DNA of 63,888 nt, filler included, from Octopus bimaculoides (taxonomy: Eukaryota): the NCBI RefSeq assembly GCF_001194135.2. It is 9 parts of 6 records of this genome, joined end to end, with 100 filler letters (N's around TTAATTAATTAA, not from the genome) between each part and the next. Parts side by side here need not be neighbours in the genome. Positions count along the whole stretch, not along the records: positions 11,350 to 35,025 come from NC_068991.1; 8 more parts are not named here. One strand, 5' to 3'. Shown one piece after another: positions 16,574-30,715 of the stretch. The first letter of the stretch is position 1. Every line of letters begins with the position of its first letter. A model generated the notes under the pieces. The model did not search any database. It had not been told where the DNA came from and was given only the letters and a program-made list of their open reading frames with translations. Made by a program: the position numbers and the translations under genes.

Positions 16574-16689
16574 TTGTGGTTGATGGTGTGGAATGGACTG
16601 GTGTTAAGTTTTTCCAGCTCTCATCACAATGGCAAACACACATAAAGAATTTCCCTGTGGTCATTTTCTCTTACCAGGAACCTGCTTGA
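16574..16689 (+). CDS. PACS: PACS-family protein, terminal coding exon ([38 protein letters not shown])
   Basis: cttcttttccag acceptor, phase 1, in frame with the previous exon. Matches recalled PACS [26 protein letters not shown]. TGA at 16687-16689. Confidence 0.95.
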
Positions 16690-16956
16690 AACTGTCTGAC
16701 ACCTGCTGGGCAGACGTAGGTGTTCTATCATCATTGAGTGCTGCCTACTCATCCACCCGCATCCCATAGTCTGCCAAAAAGGAATCTCGCAGCTTTATCA
16801 TGCTCTAGTTGCCAGTACTAACAATGATATTTTTTTTTGTCTGTATGGTTATTCAGCTGCATTCAGTTGATACCACTTCATTGTTAGTAGTAATTTGGTT
16901 GCCAGTGACCCACTGCTTACCAGCAGCAAATTCTACACCCAGCTGACCTTCAGGTC

Positions 16957-17028
<72 letters not shown>

Positions 17029-18396
17029 AAACCTGGCCTTTTAATCTTTAGAAAACTTTTGGATTGCAAAAGAAGTAGAGTGTGGGGGGAGGGTATGTGG
17101 AATAAGTAACCATCTCCCATTGGTGTGTTTTGTTTCCTATGTGACAACAGTAGCTGTCTTTCCACTTAACTCCTGTCTCTGCAGTTAATTTCAACTGTCT
17201 TTAATACAGGGCTTAATTAATCTTAGCTGTACTTTTCAGTCAATGGTTACTTGAAGCAGTATGTAATCACAGTAAGAAATGACTTCTTCCATCATTTTCC
17301 CCACCATACGTCATCTTTAGTCACTACCAAACATCTCATTGTGGACAATCCAATATGTAAACACATACCTGTATACCTACACACACACACATGCACGCAC
17401 AACTACATATACACATGCATGTAATGCATAAATCTACATATTTACAAATGTACATACATAATTATAGATGTACATATATATTGACATACACACATACACG
17501 TATATTAAAACAAATATAAATACATACATAAATAAACATATATATTTACAAACAAGAATACAAGTATACACATGCTTACAAAGCACACAGATACATAAAC
17601 AAGTTTAATTTTCACAAGTATGAAACCTGTATAAGCTTTAAATCAAAAACAAATGTTTGGTTGAAGTTGTCTAATTTCTGTAAGATCTGTGCAGCTACTT
17701 ACATTGTCGACCCTTCCCGTATCACCGCTATTGGCAACACTATTGGATGTTGTGTCAGCTCAATGTCACTCTGTATCTTTCCATCATTCCTTGATGGTAG
17801 TTTTCTCCTTTCCAAACAACAAAAAACAAAAAAATTGTAAAACGAAAACAAATTATATAAAACCCCCTCTGATTCTATGGTTGTTCTCTCTGATGCTTGG
17901 TCAAAGAATTGTCCTGCCTGTACATATATAATAGAGCAGGTATAAATAACATTCACAGCACTTCTTTTCTTATTTGTTCGTTCTTCAATAGCGGACACTG
18001 ACTTTCAAAGATGCTGAGGATATTTTGGTAGACGTTTTATAAGCGCGTGTGTTATAGAAATATCAAATCCAATTGGAGCAGAGTTGAGTCTCATCATGGT
18101 GTAAATTTTGTATCCAGTGTTGCTGCTAAATAGTTTTTTCTCTCTCTCTCTCTCTCTCAAGCTCAATGTGATTATTTTTTACATGCTTCCTCTTTATTTA
18201 GCAGAAGACAGGCAAGCTCTTGAATTCTTCCAAGTTAGAGAAAATTTGGGGTTAGAGACCTCTGTACATGTCCAGTTTCCCTGTCTCCTTATTTCAACTT
18301 CTTCATCCTCTGAAGAAATTAAACATTTTGTTGTTGTTCGTTTATTTTTTGTTTTTTTTGTTTGTTTTTGTTTTTCTTGTTCCAGATGAAACTTCA

Positions 18397-18435
18397 AATA
18401 AAAGTCAATCAACAGATGTAATCCAGATGAATAAA
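18397..18435 (+). terminator. Candidate PACS polyadenylation signals (AATAAA at 18397-18402 and 18430-18435; another at 17531-17536)
   Basis: Hexamers followed by a T-rich tract downstream of the PACS stop. The true 3' end cannot be determined from DNA alone. Confidence 0.3.
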
Positions 18436-18502
18436 TTGATATTTTTCATAGAATTTCCCCTTTTTTCTTATCTCTCTATATATCCATCTATTCCTATATA
18501 TA

Positions 18503-18550
<48 letters not shown>

Positions 18551-19243
18551 CATAATTTAAATTTAAATTTCCTGTGGTGATGGGGGTACTGATTAGCTAT
18601 TTAATTGCTGGAAACATCTTTTTTTTGATTTCACCATTAACATTTTTGTTTTGAAAGTCTTTGATGATCAATTTAAATTTTTGTCTCTCTTCTCACCAAC
18701 TTTTATGTTACAAGGACACCATTTGAAAGGAATCACTCTGCCATTTCAGCTCCTGTATGCTTTATAGAAAGTGAAAGTGTGTGTGTGTGTGTACATATGT
18801 GTGTGTATGTAGAGGTACATTTGGATTTGCAAATGAGAGAAAATAGTATTCACAACAATTAGAATGTAGTCTTGAGAGTATAATCATTTATTTGAAAATG
18901 AAGTCTCAACTTTACATAAATGAATGTGTGTGCGTGTGTTTGTTTTTATGTACAAATGGAAGAAAGGGTACTCAATGCATATAGTTTATTTACTGAGCAA
19001 TTCATCAGCTTCCAAATATATATATATATGTATAAATATATATATATATATACACACATATGCATGCACAAACTTTTTAATCCAACTTAACGCTCAGTGG
19101 TCAAATACGCACACCAACACATATCCAGAACTGTTTCAGTTTAATTTAACATCCTCAATATCCTGGACAATACCCTCTGCCCTACTAAAACTATACAGAA
19201 CAGGCAGATAAAAATGGGGTTGCTGAGTGCACTCAACACTCGT

Positions 19244-19330
<87 letters not shown>

Positions 19331-22300
19331 AGCACATGTTAGTACCAAGAGTGGAGTGTTGTGCTGCAGTTTCACACTCACCTGATTACCTACCTGCTAC
19401 AGCTGTGACAATCTTCTTTTCCACCTGCCTCACACCTTCAGCACCTACTTACTGGATTCAGTCTTTCTTATGCAGTATTACTGCATCAGTTTTCTTTGCC
19501 GAGAAAGAGAGGCCTTGGAATGGGGGGGGGCGGTACATAAGCAGTATGAGCTTCTTCATCCATGCGCCCAAACTCTGTATATCCGTTGCCTCTGTTCACC
19601 ACACACAGAACTTCCCTGAACAATCAACCTCTCTTCATAGCATTGCTTCGCACCTGCACTCTCCTCTCTCTTGTAACTATCTAACAACTGTGATAATGGC
19701 TTTTCGCTTATTTTACAATGAATTCATTTCACCCCCACCTTGCACCTTACATTGTCTATCTGATATTGACTCATGTCCTCACCCTCACTGCCCTTACCAC
19801 TATGCTCACACAACTCATTCAGACGACCACAACCATTACTGGTATTACCATCATACTGTCAATGTTTGATTTGTTCACCTTTTTTCTTCTCCAATTGAAA
19901 AGTCCTTTCCATTTGACTATATTACTTCATAGCAGTTATCACAACCTATTTTTTACTTTCTACAAACCTTTTACTATAAGTTAGACAAGCACAAACATGG
20001 CAGTTTTTATGTTTCACTATCCTATCCTTCTGCCTCCCCCTATTTTACCTATATACATACACACACACATGCACATACATACTCCTCTCTGTATTACTTC
20101 CTATTTATCTTTTCCCCCAATTTTGTTCTTTCCTTCTCAGTCTCTTACCTCCTCCCACTTCTATCAATTTTACCCCTGTCAATTTTGATTCTCCTTTAGC
20201 CAAGAAATGCTTTAAAAATGAGTTTCACTCCCATGGAATGAAAGATAGCAACCCTACATTCCTCCAAACATATCAATGAAGTTGAAGTTCGCTGTTCAAT
20301 TGTTCTTTTTTTGTTTTGTTTTTACTTTTTGAATATGTTGCAAATCAAAAATCCAAACCCAGAAACACACAATCACAGAAACATGTTAAAGAGGCTTAAT
20401 TCATTTCCCATATTTTCTGTTGTTGTTAGACAACGAAACTTGTTGACTTCTATGTTATTTCTTATCATTTATAGTAAACTCTATTCTCTCTCACCCTATC
20501 TCCTTCAGACTAGACCTAACATATCTCCCACTTCAATGCCATCCCCTGGCCCTTGAATGCCCTTCCTTAACAGAGTTCATTCTCTTTACAAGCATTCAAA
20601 CTGGACCTCTATCCTGATCAGATTCCCTTCCTCACATTTTTCCAACAGACATTGGTCTGCTGATGGTGAGGCTGGACATCAGGGTAACATTATTCTCACT
20701 AATCTTTGAGAGCCTCCTAAGTTCATGAGTGCTGGCACTATTTCTTCTGATTAACTTTAAAAAAATGACAACACTAAAATCGTTCTACAGAAGCTAGAAT
20801 GTTCTTTATGTTCATGCTACCACACACACACAAGTAAACAACCTGCAACATTTCAAACAGAACATATCTGGTTTACCACCATCACTACTTGGCCCTTGGG
20901 TACCTTTAGTGGAATTTGTTCTGTTTCGAGCATTTAGGCCAGCTCTTTGGTGTAAGGATAACTTTCTCCTTGACTAAACATTTTTTTAAAATCTGTTTAT
21001 CCCTAATCCTCAGCATATGATAATCTAAAAGAAATGATGGCAAACTCAGACCAACAAGTAAAAGCAAACACACACACACACAAATGCATAGAAACCTTTT
21101 TGCCAAATAAATTCTACATGAAATCAGAATTATTCTCTTAACTCTTTGCCTTAATTTTCAGTTGTTTTTAAGGCAACAAAGTGGCAAAATTATTAGCACG
21201 ATGGACAAAATGCTTTGCAACATTACTTCCAGCTTTATATTCTGAGTTCAAATGCCACTAGGGTTGGCTTTGACTTTCATTCTTTTGGGGTTGATAAAAA
21301 AGTACCAATTGAGCTTTAGATTTAATGTAATCAACTGGCACTTCCTTAAACATTTCAGACCTTATGCTTATAGTAGAAAAAATTACTATTATTTAGACAG
21401 GAAGTTGGCAGAATCATTAGTGTGTTGCACTTAGCATTCTCTGTGGCTCTATATGTTCTGAGTTCAAATTCCACCAGGGTTGACTTTACCTTTCCATCCT
21501 TTTAGGATCATCAATATAATCCCTTTCCCTTAAACTTGCTGGCCTTGTGCCAAAATTTGAAACCATTAATTATTATTATTATTATTTCTCCCTCTGGAGA
21601 GGGGAGGGGCATCACAAATGATTAAGCACTAATAAAGGATAAACTGTTCTACTGTATTTATTTACTGTGATCAGTTAATTAAACAACAGGTAAATTAATC
21701 AACAGTAGTAGATTAGCAGAATGATTAGATCTTATTTTGTAGTATTTAATGATATACGTATATTCTAATTTCAAAGGCTACCATGGGTAACTTTGCCTTT
21801 CATCATTCTTGAAGAATTGATAAAATAATGTATTAGTGCTATACTAAACTCAATTCATTCTAGATATGAAATGATTAATTATAATAGAAGAATAAGTATG
21901 CCCTGTGTTCCACCATCAGAAGCAAACTAGCTAGAGTGCCTCTATGTTAGTTGCTCACCCTGCTAGAAATAACAGCTTAATTTTCCTTAAATTGCATCTT
22001 ACCGTTTTAAGGATTATGTAGTGCCGTCCTAGTTATACTGTTTTAATATAAGATGGGATGGTCAGATAAATTGGAACAGATCTGGAGCCAAACATCAGCT
22101 GTCACCACTTTGAATATTGTAGCCTTGCTTCTAAGTTGTATATAACTATTTATCCATCACCCACTAGTTATAAAATATTGTAAAGTGATGAGAAATGTTT
22201 AATAATACAGAATAACTATAAATATTATATATATATATATAGAGAGAGAGAGATAGATAGATAGATAGATAGATGTTTCAGCATCAATAAGACTTAATCA

Positions 22301-23833
22301 GAGATTGTTAATGATGAAACCTATTACTTATAATTCTGCATGATGGTCAAAATGCTTAGTGGTATTTTGTCTGTCTTTACATTCTGAGTTCAAATTCTGC
22401 CAAGGTCAATGTAATTGACTATCCCCCTCCCCCCAAATTTCAGGCCTTCTGCCCATAATAGAAAGGATTATTTGTAATTCTAGTTAACTGTAGGGTAGCC
22501 ATGTATCTCCTCTGTAGCAAGATACCTGTTACTGTTGTCCCTCAATACTACTCCATGCCCAGTTGTGAGATCAGGTCTTGCAAGTTACTTGGTGACCTTG
22601 CTAGTTCCAGTACCCAGAACAAAGCTCCCAATGTCCTATGTAAAGTGGTTGGCATTAGAAAGGGCATCCAAAGCAGACAGTAGAGCTTGGCGCAGTTTTC
22701 TGGCTTACCAGCTCCTGTCACACTATCCAACCCATGCATGGAAAATGGACATCAAATAATGATGATGTAGAATGAAAATATGAATTAATGGGTTTAACTC
22801 TTTTGTTACTAAATTATGATACAAACTTCCAATTTTTAAAATGATCTAAATTAAAACCTTCCATCAAATTTTCATGTTAATTTTGTCCTAAACACCAGCT
22901 AAATCCCTCCTACACAATTGATGGCCTTCTGACTATGAGAGAAAACATTACTTTTATTATAATTATTGATGACTGAAATGCTAGAGCAGTGGATAAAATT
23001 TTTGTGGTATTTAGTTGCATCCCTTTACTTTTTCAGTCCAAACCTCATTGAAGCCAACTTTATCTTTCGTCTTTTCACAGTTGATAAAATAAATACCAGT
23101 GAAATACTGGATTTGATATAATCAACTGATCCTTCCATCCCAAAATGTGTGACCTGGTGCCTGGGCCATGGATTAGAAGAAACGGAACAAAAGGCCTTGC
23201 AACATTTGTTACAGCTCTCTATATTCTGAGTTCAAATCCTGCAAAGATCAACCTTGCCTTTCAGTTCAGAGAGATGAAAGGCAAAGTTCACCTTGATATA
23301 ATTTTATTTTCATTTCTGCAATGAGTAAAAGCAATCAATAATTTTCTCCTAAAGGATCCCTGTATTTAACCAAAACAGTCCATTGGGCTTGAACTTTGTT
23401 AAATTTATTTCTCTTCGTACCAACCCACTCAAGACTGCTTGAATTAAATCCTTCAGATTTAAAATGTTTCAGCACTGTCATATTTCAATATATAATATTC
23501 ACATATATTTTACTAAATCCCTCCAAAATCTCGTTTCTATTTAAAATTCATTGAAACACATTGGAAGTCTATTCATTAGAAATATGGTCACAAAAGAATA
23601 AATACAGTTTTGTCCTTTAAAAAGAAAGTTTGCATATTGAATTTTGGTTGGAAAGCAACCCCTGCTTGTTTCTCAAACTGTTAACCACTGTTACATTTAG
23701 AAATGAAAATATTTCTACTATAAGTTCCATAAGGGTCAGTTTCATCTTTCATGAATCAACTGTAAATGTAACCCTACCTTCAGATTGGTAGTATTATACC
23801 TTTGTTATATATATCATCATTTTTATTGTTATT

Positions 23834-24693
23834 AAAGGCAGTGAGCTGGTGGAGTCATTAGTATGTTGGACAAAATGCTTAGCAGTCTTTCTTCCAAGTT
23901 TATATTCTGAGTTCAAATACCACCAGGGTTGATAAAATAATTATCTGCCAAATACTGGGATCAATGTAATCGATTAACTCCTTTCAAAATTGTTGGCTCT
24001 GTGCCTATAACAAAAAGGATTATTATTATTCAAGACGACAAGCCAGTAGAATCGTTAGCACACCAGATATAATGCATAGTGGAATTTTGTCCATCTTCAT
24101 GTTCTGAGTTCCAACTCTGCTGAGGTTGACTTTGCCTTTCATCCTTTCAGGGTCAGTAATACAAGTGTCAGTTGAGCACTTGGCATGATGCAATTGACTA
24201 CCCTCCTCCCCAAAAATTTCAGGCCTTATGCCTTTAGCAGAAAGGATTATCATTATTACTACTACTACTACTACTGGCAGAACCATTAGAGCATCAGACA
24301 AAATGCTTTGCAATGTTTCTTGTCTCTTTGTTCTGAATTCAAATACTGCTGAGGTCAACTTTGCTTTCATCCTTTCAGAGTCAGTAAAATAAAGTACCAC
24401 CAGTCAAATACTTAGGTTAGTATAACCAACTTGCATCCCCCCCCCACCTCTTAAAATCACTAGCCTTGTCCATAAAACAAACAATTATTATTGGCCAGCT
24501 GACAGAATCATTAGCATGCCAGACAAAATGCTTGGCAACATTTTTTCCAGCTTTATGTTCTGAGTTCAAATTCTACCAAGATCAACTTTGCTTGTCATCC
24601 TTTTTGAGTCACTAAAATAAGTATCAGTTGATGAAATCAACTAGCCCTCTCCCCCAAAATTTCAGGCCGCGTTCCTATAATAGCTCTATTATT
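23834..24693 (+). mobile_element. Four head-to-tail copies of a tRNA-derived SINE with (ATT)n tails (family also at about 15830-16020, 21165-21590, 22320-22480, 30400-30950, 51820-52165, 54008-54210)
   Basis: Each unit has TGGCAGAATC(G/A)TTAG...TTCTGAGTTCAAAT...TTTGCCTTTCATCCTTT...AAGGATTATTATT. Confidence 0.85.
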
Positions 24694-27600
24694 GTCTAGG
24701 TAAGCACCATAGACCAAGAATTAAGTTTCCAGAGAAACTTAGTTTGTGATCCAGATTCAGTTCATATTTGAAATTATTTCATTAAACACTGCTAATGCTT
24801 TGTTTTTACATTATATTTTTTTAGAAAGATATTTATAATCATACAATTTTTAAACAGTGTGTGGCCTTGTTCTATTATAAAGAAATAGCTATTTATTACT
24901 AAATGTTAGATGAGAGTAGATTGTCTGAATTGGTAGAACTCCTGACAAAGTGTAGAACCTAGTTGCATCACTTCAAATCCTGTCAAATTCAACTTTGCCT
25001 TTTGTCCTAGGGGTTCAGTTCCAAATCCAGTAAAACATTGTGATTAATTCAACTAATATCTATCATCATCATCATCATTTAACTTTTCCATGCTTGTATG
25101 GTATGAATGAAACAGACTTCATTGAGGCAGATTTATTATGACCAGATGCCCCTCCTGTTGCCAAACCTTACCTGTTAACAAGCAAGGTAATATTTTCCCA
25201 TGGTCAAACATGTTTTCACAAGACCGGAAATAAATGATAGTAATTGTATGATGGCGATACTCATTTACAACTGTTTCAAAAATGCATACCCACCCACACA
25301 TATATGCATACTTATATATATATATACAATGGGCTTCTTTCAGTTTTTATCCCCCAAAACCACTTAGAAGGCTTTGGTTGATTTTGGTGCTGTATTAGAA
25401 AACAAGGTGCCAAACAGTAGGTCTAAAACCAAAACCATGTGGTTGGGAAGCAAATTTCTTTACCACACAGCCATGCCTATAAAATTAGAGTTTCCTTATT
25501 ATTATTTTATCAGATGCAAATCTAATGAAAAATCTTAGTTCAATATGCCTTTGAAATGACTACTTCCAAATATAAACTTATCTAGACACAGAAAGTATAT
25601 TCTCTTTTGAAATACCATTATCTTTAGAAATTCCCATGATGAGAACATAAATATTTTAACTCTCCCCAGAGGTGAGCAATAATGATTGTACAGCTTCCAG
25701 AAAGAATATTTACAGTTTCTGCTGAAAGTTTTGGGATTTTCAGTTAATTCCTCTAAGAATTTCAATGAAGAATGATTGGTTTCTCACATTTATACAAAGT
25801 TTTGAAATTTTTATCATATTGGATCCGTTGGATATTCACACTTTTCTCAGGTATATTTAATGGTGAAAATGAAATTAGCTGCAAATAAGAATAGTAGTAA
25901 TTTAGTTATGAACTTGACTTGCTTTTCTTCTATAGCCCTTTTTATGTCTTCAAATGTTGCTTCTTACTTAAATTCTAAACTGCAAATTTAGAGAGGAGCA
26001 AAAGAAAACTACAAGATATGTTAAAGAATTCAAAAGAAACAAATTGTTTTCAAAAAACTACTTGTTACTTAGTGAAAGATGTTCCAGTCATAATTACACC
26101 AGCTTGTATTCAGTCATATTTTATCTATTACATTATTCAGTATGCTCTTTTTCTAAGACGGTAGATTTGGCTGCCAATTCTAGCAGGTTGATCAGCTATG
26201 TGTAAGCTCCTTCATTGCCTTTTTTTTTTCTCTCTCTCTTTCTTTTCCAAAACAACTTTTCAGACCTAGTTAGCTGAATTCTTGCTCCTTACTGATTTTA
26301 ATAAATAATATAAATAATAATCATTTCTACAATAGGCACAAGGCCTGAGATTTTTGGGGAGGAGTCTAGTCAACCCCAAAAGGATGAAACTCAAATTCAA
26401 CCACAGCAGAATTTGAACTCAGAATAAAAATAATAATAGTTTCAAATTTCAGTACAGGGCCAGCAGTTTTTGAGGAGAGGGGAAAGTCAATTATTACCTC
26501 AAACCCAGTACATGATTAGTATTTATTTTAATGATCCTGAAAGATGAAAGAATAATGATTAACTATATGCAACTTTTGTTCTGCAAGTCAGATTGTTTAG
26601 TCTCAACAACCCAAAATGAGTTACTAGTTCTATCCCTTCTACCTCCCAGACTAACTATAATCTTACAATAAGTTTGCGATGGAAACTATGACATTTTGCC
26701 ATTAGGAAGAGATGTTTAACTCTTGAGATAAAGATTAAATGTTCACTATTATTCAGCAATGTCAGGAAACAGTCTCATTTGTCTTGGATGAAATATCCTG
26801 CCTGGACTTTTCATTAAATACAGATGAGACAGTTTTCCTGATATTAGACTTCTCTTCCTTACTGCACACTACAAATTTTTTTTGTTCTGACTATTTGGCA
26901 ACACAGACCATCAATCTCTTCAGATTTTCTTGTTTCACTTTCATCTAAGACTGATATACTTAATGTTAAGATCCTTACAACTGCTATAAAAAATTTACAA
27001 CAATATGTTTAACTCTGACTATTAAAATTACACATTTTAATCAGATTCTCAATAATAAATTGTTTTTTTTTTTTTTTTTGTGAGGAATTTATCTCTAATT
27101 CCTGAAATAATAGAAGTTCAGACTGAAATAGGAATTTACTAACTCTGAAAATTAGAAACTTCTTAGACAGGATTTTTAAAAAATGGTTTTCATTTCTAAT
27201 AAATTTACTTAAGCTTTTACCATTCTTAGACTCTGGATATGGCACCAACTTTAAGGTTGTGTTCATCTATCATATCAACTTCAGTAATTTTATTGATTTC
27301 TATTTGTCAAATGACTCAGTCATCTTTTAAACATAACAGTATACAGCATTACACACATACACATATAAAAGACAGACTTTCAAGTTTCCATCTAACAAAT
27401 TTTACTGACAAGGCATTGGTCAACCTGGAGCTATAAAAGTCACTTTACCAAGATGTTCTGCCTTAAAGATCAAACTTTAAAACACATGGTCGCAAAACAA
27501 ATTTCTTAATTTATGACAATTACGATAAAAGCTATTATAAGCATCAACGATTTCCTCATAAGGCAGACCATCACTTAGTTCACATTTCATGGCATTAAGC

Positions 27601-30422
27601 AGGTGAAATTTGACAGTCCACTACAGAAGTCATTGCTGCCAAAAGATCTTGTATCTGTGTCTGACAATTTATGTATAGTTGGTCTTGAAGAAATAAATGT
27701 CTTGAACAGAAAGAGATAGAGATATAAAACATCTGCTGTAGATATAAACATAGAAACAATGCATTGGTAGCCCAATATTCTAACCACTCAATGCGTTTGC
27801 CACTACATTAAATACTGACTATATAATAATCCAAAGAACTGCTATATAACTCTTGTTAAATATGAGAGGAATTTTTCTGTTAGTTAAGAGTTTATCAAGG
27901 GTAACTTTTCTAGGAAAAGCTTCATGTGTAGTTTGTAGTTAGATAAACTGAAACAAGTAGGATTAAATACTATATAATTCATATGAATTTATAAACTTCA
28001 GGAGAACATGAAATAATTCTTTTTTGGAACATTGGATCTTGAAGCAGATAAACTATAAATAATAGTATGTAAATATTCGGTTAAAGGGTTTTTTAACCCA
28101 ATATTCATACACCATTATTTAAAGCTTATCTGCTTCAAGAACCAATGTTCTGAAAAGCTATATAATTCTTCACTAAAAATTCAAATGAAAATTGGTTTTG
28201 ACTAATCTTAATAACTAGCTCAAAATATCTTAATTACTGCTCCAATTCCTATAAGGTAAGACAGCAAGCTTTTCCAAAGCCTTAAACATTACCAACATAC
28301 TTTCCTGCCAAAGAAAATATTTTTAACTTTGTGTTTAATTCATTTTTATTATAATTTACATTGTATTTTTCTTTTATAATAATCATTCATATTCAAATAC
28401 TCTAGCAACCTGACTCATCTCTCATAACTGACCACTTTGTATTCAAACTAAGCCTGATCTCAAAAATAGTTCATATTTACCACAAAAGAACTACAAAATC
28501 TTCCTGTTATATTATTCCTGCAATTCCACCCTAAGATAAGCATTCTTGAGGAGAAGTAAAAAGCAACACTTTGCTGCAACTTGAATTGAAAATGGTAGCA
28601 ATAATGCTGCACAAGTGCAGTTCTTGGTTAAAACCATTTAACTACAGAGATGCTCTTCTGAAAATTTTGTTGTTGAATGTTTGGCTTAATGTACTGTATT
28701 GCAGCATTTGGCTGCAGTCTTTTGTTCTGCCATCTGTGCACTGCAGCTTCCTTTAACAGCATAGCAAGTGTCTGCAACATGTTTTGAAACTGGCCATGGT
28801 AGTAGCGATAGTGTTAGAGCAGATACTCTATTGCAACTGTCTGCCATCATAAACATTCTTGTCGCTTCAATGTGATTTCAATAAAAATATTATATAAAAT
28901 AGCTTTTTTTTTTGTTTTTTTGCTTTCCTACTTCTCACACAGAACTGTTTTCTTGTCTGATTCAACTACCTAACTTTTTACTTCTTGTGCCTATCTTGTT
29001 TATTTATTCATGGCAAAATCAGAGAAGGAAAGGCTTTACCCATAACTTTCTACTGACCCTTCAAATATAGCGGAGTGAAGGAGAAACTAAGATGTCTAAA
29101 TTATCCTCACATCTGAGACTTAATTGGAATACTTGCAATATAGTATGCTTTACTAAAGACACTGAAAGGGCAGTTGATGATAAGTCTAAGCAACAGATTA
29201 ACTCTACCACCTAAAAGTGAGTAGAATTGGTCCAACGGGCTTCTACACAACTTTCATCATCCTGATTTCATTCATAAGGTTTGAGGTTAGAGTCAGCCCA
29301 GGGATATGGGAAAAAATATTTCCCAAGGTGCTGCACATTGGGATCAAACCTGGAACCATGATTACAAAGAGAACTGCTAAACTACACAGCTATATGTGTG
29401 TCTACATCCTTTTTTTTTTTTTCCTGCGTGGATTCCTGGGTTGAGGAAAAAGATATTTCCCAAGGTGTTGCACACTAGAATCAAACCTGGAACCATGTGA
29501 TTACCAAATGAACTGCTAAACTATATAGCTATAAGTGTGTTTATATTGTTTCTTGTTACAACAATTCTATTTTTTTTCCTGCAAAGTATCCACTGCAGAT
29601 CTTCAAAACATTTATCAGCTACATTAAAATGTATCTCTCTCCATGGTTTATACAAGTGGATATAGCTACTTTTCTTTTGTTTTTTTGTTTTTTGTATTAC
29701 CATTTCCTTGTAATAACCAGTTCAACAAGACAGCAGCAAGTTCAAGTTATTGAACTGTAGGTTTTATACAAGAGATAGGTAAAATATTGATATCTTTTTA
29801 ACATGACATTAAAAAAAAATGGGAATTTCCAGCTGAATTAATCCCAATATATATTTAGTAGATGTGAGCAAGCATGGCTGTATGGTTAAAAAAGGTTACT
29901 TCACAACACTTGGTTCAATGCCATTGCCTGGCAAGTGTCTTCTACTATAGCTTTGGACCAACCAAAGCCTTGTGAGTGGATTGAGTAAACAGAAACTGAA
30001 AGAAGCTCATCATGTGTATGTATAAATATATGTGTGAGAGTGGGTATCCCCTTGTCTTCACATTGTAAATGAGTGCCACCCTCATACAAGCAGTGTCCTT
30101 TGTATCTAATTTTTCATGTAAACATGTGCAGCCATGAGAAAATATTTATTACCTTACTGGGAAGCAGTGAAGGGTTGGTGATAGAAAGGACATCAGCCTG
30201 AAGAAAATTTGCAAATTTTGTCTGACCCATGTGAACATGGAAAAGTAGACATTAAAATGATGAGGAGGGTGTAATTACTTCTACGAACAGTTCCATAGAC
30301 CACAAGAAGATAAATGACACTAAAAACATTGTACTATGCCTTTGGGCAAGGTATTTAATTCTTGCCTTGCTTTCTACTTGGTATTATTCTTACTAAGGCA
30401 TTGGAGCTGGCAGAATTGTTAG

Positions 30423-30715
30423 TGTGGTGTATGCATGCGAGTAGAAGTAATCGGCTTACCTCAGTTTTCCTTCCTTTGCACGAGTCTGTCCTGCGGTATC
30501 CGATCCTCGCGGCTCGCCTGACCCAAAGAACACTAGAAATAGCAGCTACTTCTCCCAACACCTAGACAATCACTTGGCACGTCCTCTCCTCACAACAACC
30601 CCGTTCGAAAAGGGCACGAAATCCCGATTGAGGCTCCCTTGGCCCTTCTTCCTCTTCCGGTCAGCTCGCCCTTCTGGTCAGAGGTCAGTTCCCCAGTTGC
30701 TGACGTCATACCACA
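30423..30715. mobile_element. Solo LTR (293 bp) inserted in a SINE
   Basis: TGTGGTGTATG...CATACCACA termini; 5-bp TSD GTTAG at 30418-22 and 30716-20; interrupts a SINE head; GC/CpG-rich compared with its surroundings. Confidence 0.75.

Noticed and set aside
16816-16889. SECIS element or TACTAAC branch point in the PACS 3' UTR hairpin
   Set aside because: AUGA pairs canonically rather than forming a GA quartet and there is no apical AA loop. TACTAAC appears on both strands simply because of the inverted repeat.
19336-19869. 177-aa plus-strand ORF
   Set aside because: Low-complexity C/A/T-rich repeat-like sequence; at most a faint decayed-retroelement resemblance, with no splice support.
20906-21024. 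Minus-strand acceptor plus 40-codon frame ending in a stop
   Set aside because: No recognisable product and no consistent upstream partner.
23834-24693. Idea that the (ATT)n-tailed SINE is mobilised by the R4/Dong element
   Set aside because: In sense orientation the SINE tail is (ATT)n whereas the R4 flank is (TAA)n, and their 3' ends share no visible similarity.
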